A stretch of DNA of 64,000 nucleotides from NCBI RefSeq assembly GCF_009914755.1, contig NC_060947.1, one strand, 5' to 3'. The notes under the pieces are model-generated. The model was not told where the DNA came from. It made no database searches and worked only from the letters and a program-made list of their open reading frames with translations. The translations under genes were made by a program, and so were the position numbers. The DNA comes from the human T2T-CHM13v2.0 reference genome, Homo sapiens. Below are positions 1-15,833 of the stretch, in pieces; within the stretch, counting starts at the first letter, position 1, and each line of letters begins with the position of its first letter.

Positions 1-236
1 ATCCTTATTTGGAAGTCTTTCCAGGTATTTGAAAGGAACTTGGGTGTTATAATCTAACTTTTTGGTCACCACAGCTGTATCTGCATTATGGGATACCCCA
101 AGCCTAGTAATACTGTGGCTCCTGCATACTCTTAGACGTACTGACTTGGTCGTCTTGGATAAGATCTGGAAGAACTCTCTGGATTACCAGGCAGAAACTT
201 TTGTTCTCTTCCCTTACTTTCTCCCAAGCAAAAGAA

Positions 237-240
<4 letters not shown>
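1..240 (-). mobile_element. Old L1 (L1M/L1PB-type) 5' region fragment
   Basis: 'ggattaccaggcagaaacttttgttctcttcccttactttctcccaa' resembles antisense old-L1 5' sequence as recalled; by eye only. Confidence 0.4.
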
Positions 241-278
<38 letters not shown>

Positions 279-295
279 CTCTCTCTCTCCCTCTC
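241..295. repeat. (CT)n microsatellite
   Basis: Direct observation; explains the ER-rich and SL-rich ORFs at 62-347. Confidence 0.95.
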
Positions 296-405
296 CTTCT
301 CTAAGCTGTTTCTGTCCCATGAGGGAACCTCCACTTCTCAATTGCATGTCCTGGAACTTAGGCTCTGCAATAGGTAGCCTAGGATGGGATCAGAAATGTT
401 GATGT

Positions 406-806
406 TGTAAAAGAAAGTTAAAATGGAGACCAGGCCTGAATAATTCCTGAACAGACAAAAGCAGTTAGGCCTCATAAGTGACAAAAGCCTTGCTATTTCT
501 TGTAAATGCCTATAGTGAAGAGAAACATAACTTAAGATCAACCAATCAGAAGTAGCAAACAAACTTATAATTATATAATTAAGAACTTTCCAGTGGGATA
601 AGCCAGGTAAGACAACTGTATATTGGCTACTAATCAAAGGTTTTCTTAGCTTTCCTTCTGTGTCCATCCTTTAAAAGCCTCCCCATTGTGATCCTTCAGT
701 GGAGCTCCTGAACTGCTTCTGGTTTAGAGCTACACACTTCATGAACTATTTTTTGCTCAAATAAACTCATTAACATTTTATCGTGCCTCAGTTTACATTT
801 TTAACA
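406..806 (+). mobile_element. Solo ERV LTR-like element
   Basis: TG...CA termini, ~400 bp, CCAAT (accaatcag), TATA-like tttaaaag, AATAAA near 760. Confidence 0.55.
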
Positions 807-1236
807 AAGTTCAGCCCCTCCCAGGAAGATACCATACTCTTGAACTTGAACCTGGAAGAGAGGCTGCCCTACGTTCTTGGCTACACCCATCTGGAATTTA
901 GTTTCCTTCACACGGTGATAAGGAAGAGCAAAGGGAGTGGGTCATGGTTCAGATGCCACAGACTCTCACTGTTGTTACCAAATGTCAGATTTTCTTGAAT
1001 ATGTTTTTCTTCATTTGCTATATGCCCTTAGGTCATTTCCAGATATTTTAAATTGCTTTAAAAATAATTGTTACCAGTTTCACTGGGGAGTGAATCCATG
1101 GAGCTCCTCATGTTGTCAATGCAAGAAGTGGAACTCCCTGGGTGTAACTTTTGTCACTTAGTTTTAATTTTTATATTTACCTTAGGTTCTATATTTTTAT
1201 TTTTATAATTATTTTTATAATTTATTTTTCTGTTTT

Positions 1237-1613
1237 TGCTATGGTCTGAGTGTGTCCCCCAAACTTCATGTTGAAACTTAATCACCAAAGTGATAGGCAT
1301 TAAGAAGTGATTAAGTCATGAGGGCAGAGTTTTCATGGATGGGATTAGGCTCTTATTGAAGGACTTGAGAGAGTGGCCCTTATTGTGCTCTTCTGCTCTT
1401 CTGCTGTGTGAAGACACAGTGTTCATTTCCTTTTCGTGCCCTCTGTACCTTCCTCCATGTCAGGATTCAGTAAGAAGGCCCTCACCAGACACACAACCAG
1501 CTGACATTTTTGATCCTGGATTTCCCAGCCTCAAGAACTGTAAGAAATACATTTCTAGTCTTTATAAATTGCCTAGTCTGTAGTATTTTGTTATAGCAGC
1601 ACAAACAAAGACA
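1237..1613 (+). mobile_element. MaLR LTR (MST/MLT1A-like)
   Basis: Begins 'tgctatggtctgagtgtgtccccc'; ends 'tattttgttatagcagcacaaac..gaca', typical MaLR termini. Confidence 0.8.
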
Positions 1614-2429
1614 AATTTATTCTTCCCTCATGTTTGCTAGATATAGAGCATTGTATTTTTCCCTCCATCATAACCTATTATTTTGAAAGTTCTATTTATT
1701 TCCATTCAGCAAATTGTTGACTTAAAACTTCTAACAAATATATTTAAACCTATAATCTCCCATCAACGAAGAATATTAATCCAAGTTTAGCATATTCCTC
1801 AAGCAAGATTCTTAGAAAGCTTTTGTTTATTTTCTACTCTTCCCATATTTTTGGGGTTTCATTGATCTCAACTGAATATTTCAAATCATTATTTCAATAA
1901 TATCTCATTTCTGTTTTATAAACCATTACATAAAAATTTTGTTAAATTTTATAGCCTTATTATAAAAACTATTTATTGTAAACTATAATATTTATTTCTT
2001 GCTCTCCACTATTTCTTATATTTGGCTTGGATTTTATATTCTCCTTTTCCCAGAATATGTCTTAGAATAATTCTTTCTGTGATACTGCACAGATTTTCTA
2101 TTTCCTGAGTCCCTGTATCCCTGAGAAGGCTTTTATTATGCCTTCATACTTTATTGATACTTTTTCTGATTAGGGAACTCTAGTTTAAAAATCTTTTTCC
2201 CTCAGCAGTTTATAGATGTCACTCCACTCTTTCTAACAGCTTGCATTGTGCCTGAGAAGTCTGATAACACTGAGATTCACATTTTTAATGGTAATCTCTT
2301 CTTTCTTTGTAGAAAACTGTAGTATTTTACCTTTATCCATGAAGTTTGAAAACTGATCTAAAATATGTCCAGGTTTATCCTGGTAAATCATTATTGCTAT
2401 TGTCCAAATGTTTTTGGTTTTCCTTCTGG

Positions 2430-4745
<2,316 letters not shown>

Positions 4746-4984
4746 AGAATTACCTTGGGAGGTTTTACAAATGCTGATGTGCAGACCATACCAGAGAACA
4801 ATTAAGTGAGAATATCTGCACGTGTTACCCAAGCACTTGAATTTCTTTCTTTTTATTTACACTTTTTGGTAGGGTAAAATTTACACACAATATAGCATAA
4901 AAATTGTAAGTATACAGTTCAATCTTTGCATATATACATATGCATACATACACAATGCACCATGACTAAGAAAAAGATATAGAT

Positions 4985-5194
4985 CAAGGGTCAGAAAACT
5001 TTTTCTGCAAAGAACCAAATATTTTTGGCTTTGTGGTCCAGCCAGTCTCTGTTGAAACTACTCAACTCTATTGTAGTGCAAAAGCAGCCATGGGAAATAT
5101 GTAAACGAGTAAGGATGTCCATATTCCAATAGAACTTTACAAAAACAGGTGGTGTGTCCCATTTGGCCAGTGAGCTGTAGTTCGCTGATCCCTG
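4985..5194. mobile_element. MER58A-like hAT DNA transposon
   Basis: Termini caagggtcag...ctgatccctg; 8-bp TSD atatagat/atatagac. Confidence 0.8.
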
Positions 5195-5842
5195 ATATAG
5201 ACCATTTCTAGCACCCAGGAAAACTCCCTCTTGCCCTTTCCCAGTTAATACCATTCCAAAGGTAACAACTACTTAATGTCAGTATTTTAAAGCTATCTGA
5301 GTGATTACGTGCGCAGACAAAAAGTGCAGAATCACTGGTCTAGACTGATCAATATTAATAGCTGTGTGTATTACCTCAGCATAAGTAAAATTCCCTATTT
5401 CCTACATTGACTCAAGATTCTGCGTACAAAATGCTGGCTATGTTCCTGTTGGGAGCAAGCATGCTTTGTACTCCTCAAGGCAGTTTGTCCTCGAGGCAGT
5501 TTGAAGATACTTGCAGTGCTGTCTCACTTTCCCCACTCTAGTCCTAATATCCCTTCTGGTAGTCTCCCACAGCAGACGCACAGCTTTAACTGAAAAAATG
5601 TGACATATTCAGCTGCCTTGAGAGCAGACTGACACAAAAAAGCTGCTCCTGAACACTTTACTCTGATGATTCTATGGCATTTTTCCACTCTCAGACATAG
5701 CTGCTTCTAATCTTTAGGTTTTCCTGTGTTCCGAAGTCTTTTTGTCACCTATATGGAGCTTTAGTTTATTCAGTCCTGTTAAGATCCACCATTAAGTTTA
5801 TCACATAGAAACTTACTTTCCAAAATTTGCTCCATGTTGTAG

Positions 5843-6173
<331 letters not shown>

Positions 6174-7154
6174 CCACTTTAAGGATTTCTAATGCTGCTA
6201 TGAGATTATTCATATTTTTATGATCCTTTCACAATACTTCAGTGGGTTTATGGGAAGGAAGAGAGCTATTAAACATCTTGAAAGTGAAGTCCGCTAAGAC
6301 AGTAGTTGGTGGATGTGTAAAGTGGGAGAGATTTTGACCATTCTTTATCCTATTTAGATCCACTTTCGATGACTGTAGGGTTCTTCAAGAAGTTTAAGGG
6401 GTATAGTTTTTGTCATACGGTTTAAGTCTGGATGATGGAAACACAGTTAGGGGAGCCAAGTTGAAGGGTCAGGAATGAGTCAGAGTCTGGTGGATGGTAT
6501 TTCACATTCTGTCTCCCCGTCACCCTCTTCCTTTACGAAGGAGTAGAGATAAGGTTGTTATATATCATTTGCTATGTATTTGTCTTCAAATAAAATGAAA
6601 AATTAACTTAAGCTAGCTCAAACAGTAAGGAAACATTGAATCACATAACAGAGACCTGAGATAGGGTGGGCTTTAGGGCTGGTTGATCCAGTGGTTTACT
6701 GATGTCATCAGGGACTCAAGTTCTTTCCATTTTGTTGTCCATACATTTCATACTGTGGCTGGTTTCTCTTGGATTATAAGACAGTTTACACTACTGAATG
6801 GAGTTACTGGTTTTCTCATTTGCATTCTGGAGAAGAGGATCACTGTTGGAAATTCTGTCAAAAGAATGAGTGAGAATTCTCCCAGAATCCCTTAGCCACA
6901 TTTTCATTTCTATTTCTGAACTAAATATGCGACAAAGGGGGATGGATTACCTCAGATTAATCAAATCTGTCCAAGGTGCAAAAAGGATTAATTTTGCCCA
7001 ACATATATATGATCGATGTGGAAGGAGTGGAATCGTAAACTTAGGGTTCTGTTAGAAAGGAGGAAGGGAGAAATGGATGCTGGGCATTATCAATTGAGAA
7101 ATGCCACCTCTCCAGGAGGTGGCAGTTGGAAAGTTATTAAAAAAAAAAAAGGGC

Positions 7155-7292
7155 AATGTGGTTGAGCGGTGAAGAGCCTGGAAGAAGGGCAGGTGCACTT
7201 GTGCATGTTGCTTCAACTTCCTGTGCCTTTGTTTCCTCATGTGAAAAATGGAGATAAAATAATACCTATCTGACAGAGTTGTGTGAGGGTTT
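7155..7292 (+). mobile_element. MIR fragment
   Basis: MIR core 'tttcctcatgtgaaaaatggagataaaataatacctatct'. Confidence 0.7.
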
Positions 7293-7559
7293 GCTCATTC
7301 ACAAATATTTCTGAGAGTTTACTATGTGTTGGGCACTCTTCTGAAAGGAACTGCTGTGGTGAAAATGAAGATTAAGTCCTTGTCCTGAGGAAGCTTGCTT
7401 TTTAGTATGTGCATGGGTGTGGGAGTGTATGCAGTAGAAGAGGAAGGGCACTCCCAGGCCTTCCTGTATCACCTGTATTGTCAGGTCCTCAAACCATGTT
7501 AGAAGGGTTTAATGTTGAGGCTGAGAATCATGGTTAGCAGATAGAGCAGAGAAACTGGA

Positions 7560-7720
7560 CGTTTCTCCTCAGGCACACGGACCAGTGCCAGTAACACCAC
7601 CTGGGAGCTTGTGGAAATGCAATGTCTCTGGCTGGACCCAGACCCTCTGAGTTAGAATCTACATTTTAACAAGATCCCTCAGGGGATTCACAGGCACTTC
7701 ACAATGAGAGATGCGCTGAC
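7560..7720. mobile_element. MER5A-like DNA transposon
   Basis: 'cacctgggagcttgtggaaatgca...agaatctacattttaacaagatccc'. Confidence 0.75.
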
Positions 7721-8699
7721 TTATGACATTTGCTTTCAGTCTATGTGGAGGCAATGACAGTTTGAGTGGGAAGTGAGGTTTTCACAATGATGACTCAGTT
7801 TTGGTTCTGCCCAATCTTCATGCCCACCTGTAATGTTGTAGTTATTATCTTTGCATTCTACAATTACCAAAGTGGAAAAAATTATCTGGCCTAATATTAT
7901 CATTTCCACCCACTAATGCAATTATTTGTTTGTTTTGTGTTTTTAATCCATAGCAATAACATTTACTATTGACATTTCTGTTGCAATCATTTATGTCTAT
8001 AATCCTTACCAAAAGTTACCTTGGAATAAGAAGAAGTCAGTAAAAAGAAGGCTGTTGTTCCGTGAAATACTGTCTTTATGCCTCAGATTTGGAGTGCTCA
8101 GAGCCTCTGCAGCAAAGATTTGGCATGTGTCCTAGGCCTGCTCAGAGCAGCAAATCCCACCCTCTTGGAGAATGAGACTCATAGAGGGACAGCTCCCTCC
8201 TCAGAGGCTTCTCTAATGGGACTCCAAAGAGCAAACACTCAGCCCCATGAGGACTGGCCAGGCCAAGTGGTGTGTGGGAACAGGGAGCAGCGGTTTCCAA
8301 GAGGATACAGTAGGTGTCTCTATCTCTTCCTATAGTGCAGGCTCCAAAGCTTATCAGTGCTCCATGGCCTGCATTGAGCAAGGTCCTGGAATAGGGTTCA
8401 GGGCAGTGATAAATTCCAATGCTAATGTGGGATGAACCCCTGGGGGCTTCACCTCCTTCTTTTAGGATGTCTGTGGAAATTGAGAAAGACCCTCTCTCCA
8501 TGGTATTGAGCCTACACATGGTTGTGAAACAAGAATTGCTTTGACTGAATCTCACTTTTTTCTAGGTGGACTCACAGAGTCCCTTACATTCATTATTAGT
8601 TCATTCGTTCATCCACTCATTATCTTACTCTGTATCAATCCCAGGGCTGAGAACTTACTTTCCCCATTGTCCTCATTTATCTAACAAGCCATTCTCCTA

Positions 8700-9780
8700 T
8701 TGACCTCATTTTCTTAGTCTGATGAACACTGGCTGCTAGAGAAAATCTTACCAATAAGCAGATTGACTTCAGTGAATATTCATAGTCTGCAAGTTCAACT
8801 GGCTCTTTGAATGCCTGGTCTTTCCTTTGACTACCTTAAACCTTCTCTACTCTCTTCAAACCACTTTTCTTTCACTCTCAGCATATATTTTCACTCTCCT
8901 ATTTCCAAATAAAATAGAATTCATCAGACCGTTTCCCCTGTTTTTTCCCTCCAGCCCATCTAAAATTTACCTGCAACTTAAAAGTGATCTATCTGGGATT
9001 ACTACGGATTTCTTTGTTGCTAAGTTTAATTATAATTGATATCCTGATTACTTCTAAATACTTATCTCTGATTCAGATCTTTCTCCTAGCCTCGGTTCCA
9101 TAATATCCAACTTCCTCCTGAACATCTCTAATTGGATGTCCCCAAACTAAACTCAAGAGATCCTGAACTCTCAACACCAAACCGTAATTAACAAATAACA
9201 CAGCCATCCATTCAGACATCCAAGCTAGAAACCTGATTATCAAGCTATATCCTTTCCTCTTCTATATTCCCATATTTAGTTACCAAATTTTGTACATTGT
9301 ATTTTTTAAGTGTTCTTTAAAAAGGGTGTTAGAAAGGCTGGACTTTGCATTTTCAGGTGTCTAGAACACTAGCTACTGCCTGAACACATTTCCTAGCCTC
9401 CTACATGGCCTCCCTGCAAGCAGTCTTACTCCTTGTCATTCTGTTCTACCAGCAGCAAAGAGATCATTTTAAATCTCATCTGGTCATAACATTCTCCTAC
9501 GTAATGTTTCTCAGTGGGTCCTCATTGATCTTCAGATAAAGTTCAAACTCCTGACCCTGGCCTACACAGCTCTGCATGACTGCCTTGTACTTAGCTCTGC
9601 ACCCACATCTCTATACCCACATCTCTATCATGTGCTTCTGCACTATGTTCTCTGCCCTCTCCCAGTACTATCCTTTTGAGCTACACTTGATTCCTAGCAG
9701 TTCCTCAACAGCTACTTGGACTTTGAGCCTCTGAACCATTGCAAATGTTGTTTTCTATACATGAAATACTATTTCCCTCT
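8700..9780. mobile_element. Degraded L2 fragments
   Basis: Pyrimidine-rich L2-like motifs (atatccaacttcctcctgaacatctc, cagataaagttcaaactcct). Confidence 0.6.
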
Positions 9781-12047
9781 GTTAATCTCAAAGAGTGGGA
9801 GCAAAGGGGCACAAAGGCAAAGAACCACAGTTTGAGAACTTCAGCTCAAGTTTTATCTTGAGCTTCCAGCTTTTCAAATAGGAGGAAAAGGATATATCTA
9901 GATAATTTTGAAAGGAGAGAGAGAAGAAAGTGTCATCCTCCTTGATCTTTCTCTTCACTGGTTCCAGTATCCCAAGTCTCCTTTTCCATTTCCATTTCTC
10001 CCATCCCCTCAGATGATTGACAGCTAAATGAAGTCCACTTGAAAGATAGCTTCAGTGGGCAGCCTGAGAAGGAGCACCAAACTCCTGACATACAAGTGAC
10101 TGGGGCATCACTATAAGATGAAGATGTTTTCACACAGCTCCTGGACAAGGTTGCATCACTCTTTTTTCTTGGTTTCAAATTACATCCTTTGACCCTTGTT
10201 CTGAGTGCACTCTTCCCAGCTTGAACCCCCAGGATAAAAGTGAAACTTCTGCTAGCCGTGAAGCATTAGAAGCATTAGATCCACAGAGGCAAGGGACAGG
10301 GAAATCACAGTGAGTGGATGGGGGCATTGAAAGGCTTTTTTCTTGCTGTCTTTGTTCTCTGCTTGATGACGAAGAATCATTAATGCAATAGCCTTGGTCT
10401 GATTTGTGGATTCATACACCATATAAAAGACAATTTAAAAATTCATTCTCCTCAAAAATTGTGTTTGTGTGTTTACATCAGAGGAAAGTTGATACAAAAA
10501 TGTTGTTCATATGTGAATAACTATAATACATTGAGTGGATGTCATAAAATGAAGCAGTCACTGGCGTCAGTTTAAAGTGTTCCTGGGAACCAAGGCAACT
10601 AACGTACCAGTTCTATCTTCCCTAGGAATCTCTTTCTCTGATGTGGAAATGTGTGCTTTTCTTTCCCAATTGATAGAATGTGACTGTTGGCAAACTCAGG
10701 GTCCTTCGTGTACCAAAATTTCACAGAGGCTTTGCTGAGACACTACTCCTCAGGCCTATGTCTTCTTGGTCCCTGGGTCTGTTGTAAAGTGGGAATCTTA
10801 GGCCCTAAGTGATTCCATAAGAAGTGGGCATCCTACCCAGAATCCAGAGTTCAGGGGCTGTCCCCCAAACCCACTGACACGACCTTAAATGCAGCTGCCC
10901 CTGCTCTTACAACCCCATAGCTGCTGGGATTTCCCTCCCTGACTGCTCACTGAAGACATCTTTCGAGTGAGTTTTATTTAGTTGTTAATCCCTCAAGGAG
11001 GTGGGTGGGAGAATGAAAAGGTCAATAATGAAGAGGCTTGGAAGGCTGGCCTCTTCATTAGTAACAGAGAAAGAGGTCAAAAAGGATGATCCTTTCATCA
11101 CTCCCTCCCTTCCCTACTCTCAGGTAAATCTGTAACTTACGCTGTGGCTTAGAGTCTCTGTGAATCTCTTCCCCTCTCCTTCCAGAGTCAAAAAGACATT
11201 GACAATTCTGTGCCTGGAACTTGCAATAACCTGATATGTACAGAAATCAGCAGTTGCCCCCTCCCCCTACCCAGAAGGAGCTCATGGTCCTGTGGCAGAT
11301 AGCTAGCTAACACACTGTTATCAGCACTGTGACAGTTATAGCATGATGGGCCTGGGAGCAAGGACAGGGACAGAGCACACTCAGGGATCAAACACAGCCT
11401 CAAGTATTCAGACCCTCAATCCCCTGACTTTCTCCTAGTGAGGCATTGCCTGTTAGGCGTCATTGTTCTGCAGTCCAGAGCTGCCTCTGTGGCTTTGACC
11501 AATATTCTAAATGCTCTGGGCCTTGTCCTTTTGCCCTAATGCTTATCAAGCTCTCAACTTGTGTGGTTTCTCCCTGTCCACATATGGTCTTCCCAGGCAA
11601 TTCAGTTCTTCCTGGTTCTGTCTACAGGGTGCTCTTAGTTCACCCATGAGGACAACGACATTGCTGGCAAAAATCACTAAAAATCACTGAGCTAGAACGA
11701 GGTTTTTCTAAAGATGCAAATCTAAGGATTGGACACCTGTGGTTCAAGTGCCCCGTTTTTGTTGCATGTTATTGAAAACTGCCCTCTGTGCCAGTGCTGG
11801 TCTGTTTTGTTCTCCACTATGTTCCTAGAACCTTGCATAGGGCTCTATGAGCAGTAGACTTTTGTAGGATGAACATCCTGCCACTCCAAGCCAGTTTCAA
11901 ACAGAATTTGAAGAGAAACCTTGTACTATAGGACTTTTAAATGTTTACCCAAATTAATAAACCAGCACTGAAACTTACATTTGATTGATGAGCCTTAGTT
12001 ATTTTCCAGTGGTTAAAATCTTGGAAAGGAATAAAGATGAGGGAAAG

Positions 12048-12580
12048 TGTATTGGTTTCCTATGAATACTATAACAAATTACTACAAATGTAGTTACTTA
12101 AAAAAACCACAAATTTATTATCTTACAGTTCTGGAAGTCAGAAGTCCAAAATGAGTGCCACCGGGCTGTGATCCTTTTGCAGGCCCTATGGGATAATCCA
12201 TTTCCTTGCCCTTTGCAGTTTTCAATGTCTACCTGCATCCTTTGGCTCCTGGCCCCTTTCCCCCATCTTAAAAGCCAACAGTGTTGAGCTAAGTCCTTCT
12301 CAGGCTGTGATGTCTATGGTTTTAATTTTTGCCTTCCTCTTTCACTCATAAGGATCCTTGTGATTATCCTGGCTCACGTATGATTACACTGGCTCATGTG
12401 TGATTACACTGGCTCATGTGTGATTACACGGGCTCACATGAATAATCCCAAGTAACCTCCCTATTTTAAGGTCAACTGATTAGCAACCTTAATTCCTCTG
12501 CCATGTAAAATAATATATTCACAGATTCTGATGATTGTGATATAAACATATTTGGGGGTACCATTATTCTGCCTACCACA
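12048..12580 (-). mobile_element. MLT1 (MLT1D-like) LTR
   Basis: 'tgtattggtttcct...cttacagttctggaagtcagaagtcc...attattctgcctaccaca'. Confidence 0.8.
12361..12440. repeat. 20-bp minisatellite, 4 copies (tgattacactggctcatgtg)
   Basis: Units start at 12361, 12381, 12401 and 12421. Confidence 0.9.
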
Positions 12581-12899
12581 AGAAGGATTCTGGGCACCAA
12601 ACTCTCAACAAATTTCTTATTGATAGTCATTCTTGTGTCTTGCTCTCTGAGCCCAGTACCCTATCTCACCTCCACTTCACTGGTCTCTGCTTCCCTCCCT
12701 CCCTCCCTCCCTTCTTCTGTCTTTCTTTCTCTCAATCCTTTCTTATTCTCTCACTCCCTTCTCCTCCTCCTCTTCTCTTTTTCTATTAGTTTCTTCTCCT
12801 CAGCCTATAAACTTTCTAATGTTTCTCCCACATAAAAATAAACTAACTTATCACAACCTTTCTTAACCCCACATTCCCTCCAGCTACAACTGTGTATTT

Positions 12900-14512
12900 A
12901 TTGTTTTCCTTTCTGCAGAATGTCCTAAAGGAGTCCTTTCTGTTCACTACCTTTCTTCTCTTCTCCCTCACTTATCAACCCATTTGACTCCTGCCTCTAT
13001 TACCCCACAGAGAGCACTCTCATGAACTTCACCAAAGGCTCTTGTCCATAAATCTAAAGAAGATATGTTCAGTCCTTGTCCTTTCTAAAATCAGCAGCAG
13101 CAGCTGATATCACTGAACATGCCCACTCCTCTATCCTTCCAGAAATCCTATCTTTCCTCCCTCAGCCTCCGTTCATAACACCACCTCCTCCTGGTCTTCC
13201 TTGTGCTTGTCTGGCTGCTCATTGTCAGTCTCCCTTGCTGGCTGCTTGTCCCAGGCCCACCTCTTAAGTGCATCTGCTCCTCTTCAGAATATCTGGGCCA
13301 CATTCTCTTCTCATTCTGCACTCCTTCCCATGACTGGAGGTGTTGGGCAGGGGCAGGAGACATAAGGAGGTCCTAAGGTTTCAATTACAACCTTTACTAC
13401 ACTGACAAAGTCTTGATCCCATATTGTTTTCTTGAGTTCAGGCCTCCAGACCCTGAGATCCAGACACTGACCTACAGATCATGACATACAATTGCCTCCA
13501 GCACACCTCCACCAATCATGACCCATAGACACCTCCATCTTCATATGTCTGGTGCTGAGTTCGTCATCTTCCACTCAAATTTGCTTCTCCTCCAGTGTTT
13601 CTTACCCATGTCCAGAAACATTACCCACCTTCCCCAGTCACTCAAGTCAGATGCCTTCTTTGCTGTCATCTTTGATGCCTCCTCTTCTTCAACACCAGTA
13701 TCTAATTAGTCTTTATGTGTCAATGATTTCAGCTTCTAAATCTCTCTCAGGTCATGCCCTCTGCTTCACTCCCAGTTCCACTGTATAATTCAGGGTTCAT
13801 CATGTCATAAGCAGATGATTACACTGGACTTGTGTGCCCATGCTTCCCTTCTTATTCCATTCTGTCATTGAAGCCAGAGCATCTCCTTGTCTAACACAGA
13901 ACTTGGGCCCAGTCATGACCTCACCATGCCACCATTATCATTACTCCTCCACACTCTTGCTTAACATCTTTTAGTGTCTGTCCGTTGCTTTGAAGGTAAG
14001 GTCTAAAGGCATTCCCCAACCCTTACAGAAGCCTTTGCACATGACCTGTCTCTGCCTTCCTTCCCAGCTTCATCTAATAGCCTCCTTCCCTTTTCTGTCT
14101 CCCCTCTAACCATAATTAACTACTCAGTATCTGTAACCTTACTCTGTGTACACAATATTCCTTTGGCTAGATTACTTCTGCTGTTCTCTCTCTCTATCTC
14201 TGACTTTCCTCCTTGTCCTCACCCCACTCTTGATTAGGACAAGCCACCTATTCAGTCCAAGTCACAGGTTAGATGCTAGTTTTTCCAGAAAGCTCTTCCC
14301 TGAGTGTCTCAGGCTAGTCAAGGGCCCCATCCATGCTCCCCCCGACTCCGACATTCAACCTTTTCATGATTCTTTTCCTGTCTCTCTGACACTAGATTAT
14401 ACCCTCCTTAGAGCACACTCCATGCTTGCCTTCGCTGCAGAACCCCCATCACTTAGCACAGGACTGACACCCATGCCAAGGAGGTTTTCAATAAATATCT
14501 GCAAGTGAATGA
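12900..14512. mobile_element. Degraded L2
   Basis: L2-like body; L2 terminal motif 'tcaataaatatctgcaagtgaatga' near 14488-14512. Confidence 0.65.
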
Positions 14513-15492
14513 GTCCCCTTCCATTTATTACATGAAGCACAACAGAAGCAGGCTGGCATCTGGCAAACAACCATATCCAATTCAAAGAGTTGTTGTCAGT
14601 GCTTAACACAGCAACTGGCACCCAGGAAGCACTCAGTGGATGACAGTTCTCAGTGTTAGTATTGTTGTTGTCACTATCCCTTCATTTACTTAATTTGGCC
14701 CTAAGTTCCTGTGTAACTCTTCCAACTTACAAGTTGTTCTGGGTTAGGATTTTGAGAAACTCGTCTCCATCATATTCATTTCTTCACTCAACGATCATTT
14801 CCTGAGCCTTCTACTATGTACTAAGCACTGTGCTGGTATCCAAATGTGGAGAAATAAAGAGAAAGGTGGAAAGAAGGAAACTCAAAAGCCAAATATATGT
14901 CAGGAGTTTAATACATAATATCTGCTCTGTCCACCAGTATGCCTCCTTTCTCAAGAGCAGAAATTTTCCCAGGAAGATATTTTATTTCCAGAGAACAATC
15001 AAGATGATTTTTTAAATTTTCAAAATAAAGAAAATCATAAATTATCAACCCATATTCGGAAAGCATATAATTGTGTTGAGAATTGTTATTCTACCTTACA
15101 CCTTCCTCTGATCTGATTGCAGCTCAAAGGATAAATATGAGCACGGCAGTCAGTATTTATCCTGTCAGGTACTGGGACTTTGGAACTTCGGGAGCATTGG
15201 ATTTCCCTCCCCTCAATATGTACTTTGCTGCTATTTGCATCCAAAATGCACATCACAACATTTCCTTCATGTAAACAATAAAAACCATTTCAGAATACCT
15301 TGTATACAGACATAATTGACTTCATTTCTGATAAATTTGGCTAGAATCCTGGAATATCAAGTCCAGAAGGGCCCTTAAAGGTCACATAGCTCAAGATCCT
15401 CATTACACAGGTGACTATTTGAGACCTAGAGATGTGGAGGGCCTATTTCAATTCAGGAACCGTGTTGGGATTAGATGTATCTCCTACATACG

Positions 15493-15833
15493 TAATATGG
15501 TTTGGTTGTGTCTCCACCCCAATCTCATCTTGAATTGTAGCTCCCATAATTCCCATGTGTTGTGGGAGGGACCCAGTGGGAGATAATTGAATCATACTGT
15601 TCTCATGGTAGTGAATGCTTCTCATGAGATCTGATGGTTTTATAAGGGGTTTCGCCTTTCGCTTGGCTCTCATTCTTCCTTGCCTGCCATGTAAGATGTG
15701 CCTTTTGCCTTCCACCATGACTGTGAGGCCTCCCCAGCCATATGGAACTGTGAGTCCATTAAGCCTTCTTTTCTTTATGAATTATCCAGACTCAGGTATG
15801 TCTTTATCAGCAGTGTGAAAACAGACTAATACA
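15493..15833 (+). mobile_element. THE1 (THE1B/C-like) solo LTR
   Basis: 'atatggtttggttgtgtctccacc...atctcatcttgaattgtagctcccataattcccatgtg...gactaataca'. Confidence 0.9.

Noticed and set aside
62-347. ORFs rich in ER or SL repeats
   Set aside because: Translation of the (CT)n microsatellite
8078-8555. Overlapping ORFs up to 137 aa in unique sequence
   Set aside because: No recognisable domain or splice context; length compatible with chance
9601-9628. 14-bp direct duplication (acccacatctctat x2)
   Set aside because: Ordinary slippage inside an L2 remnant
12361-12440. Regularly spaced repeats as a CRISPR-like array
   Set aside because: Head-to-tail units with no unique spacers, in a eukaryotic LTR
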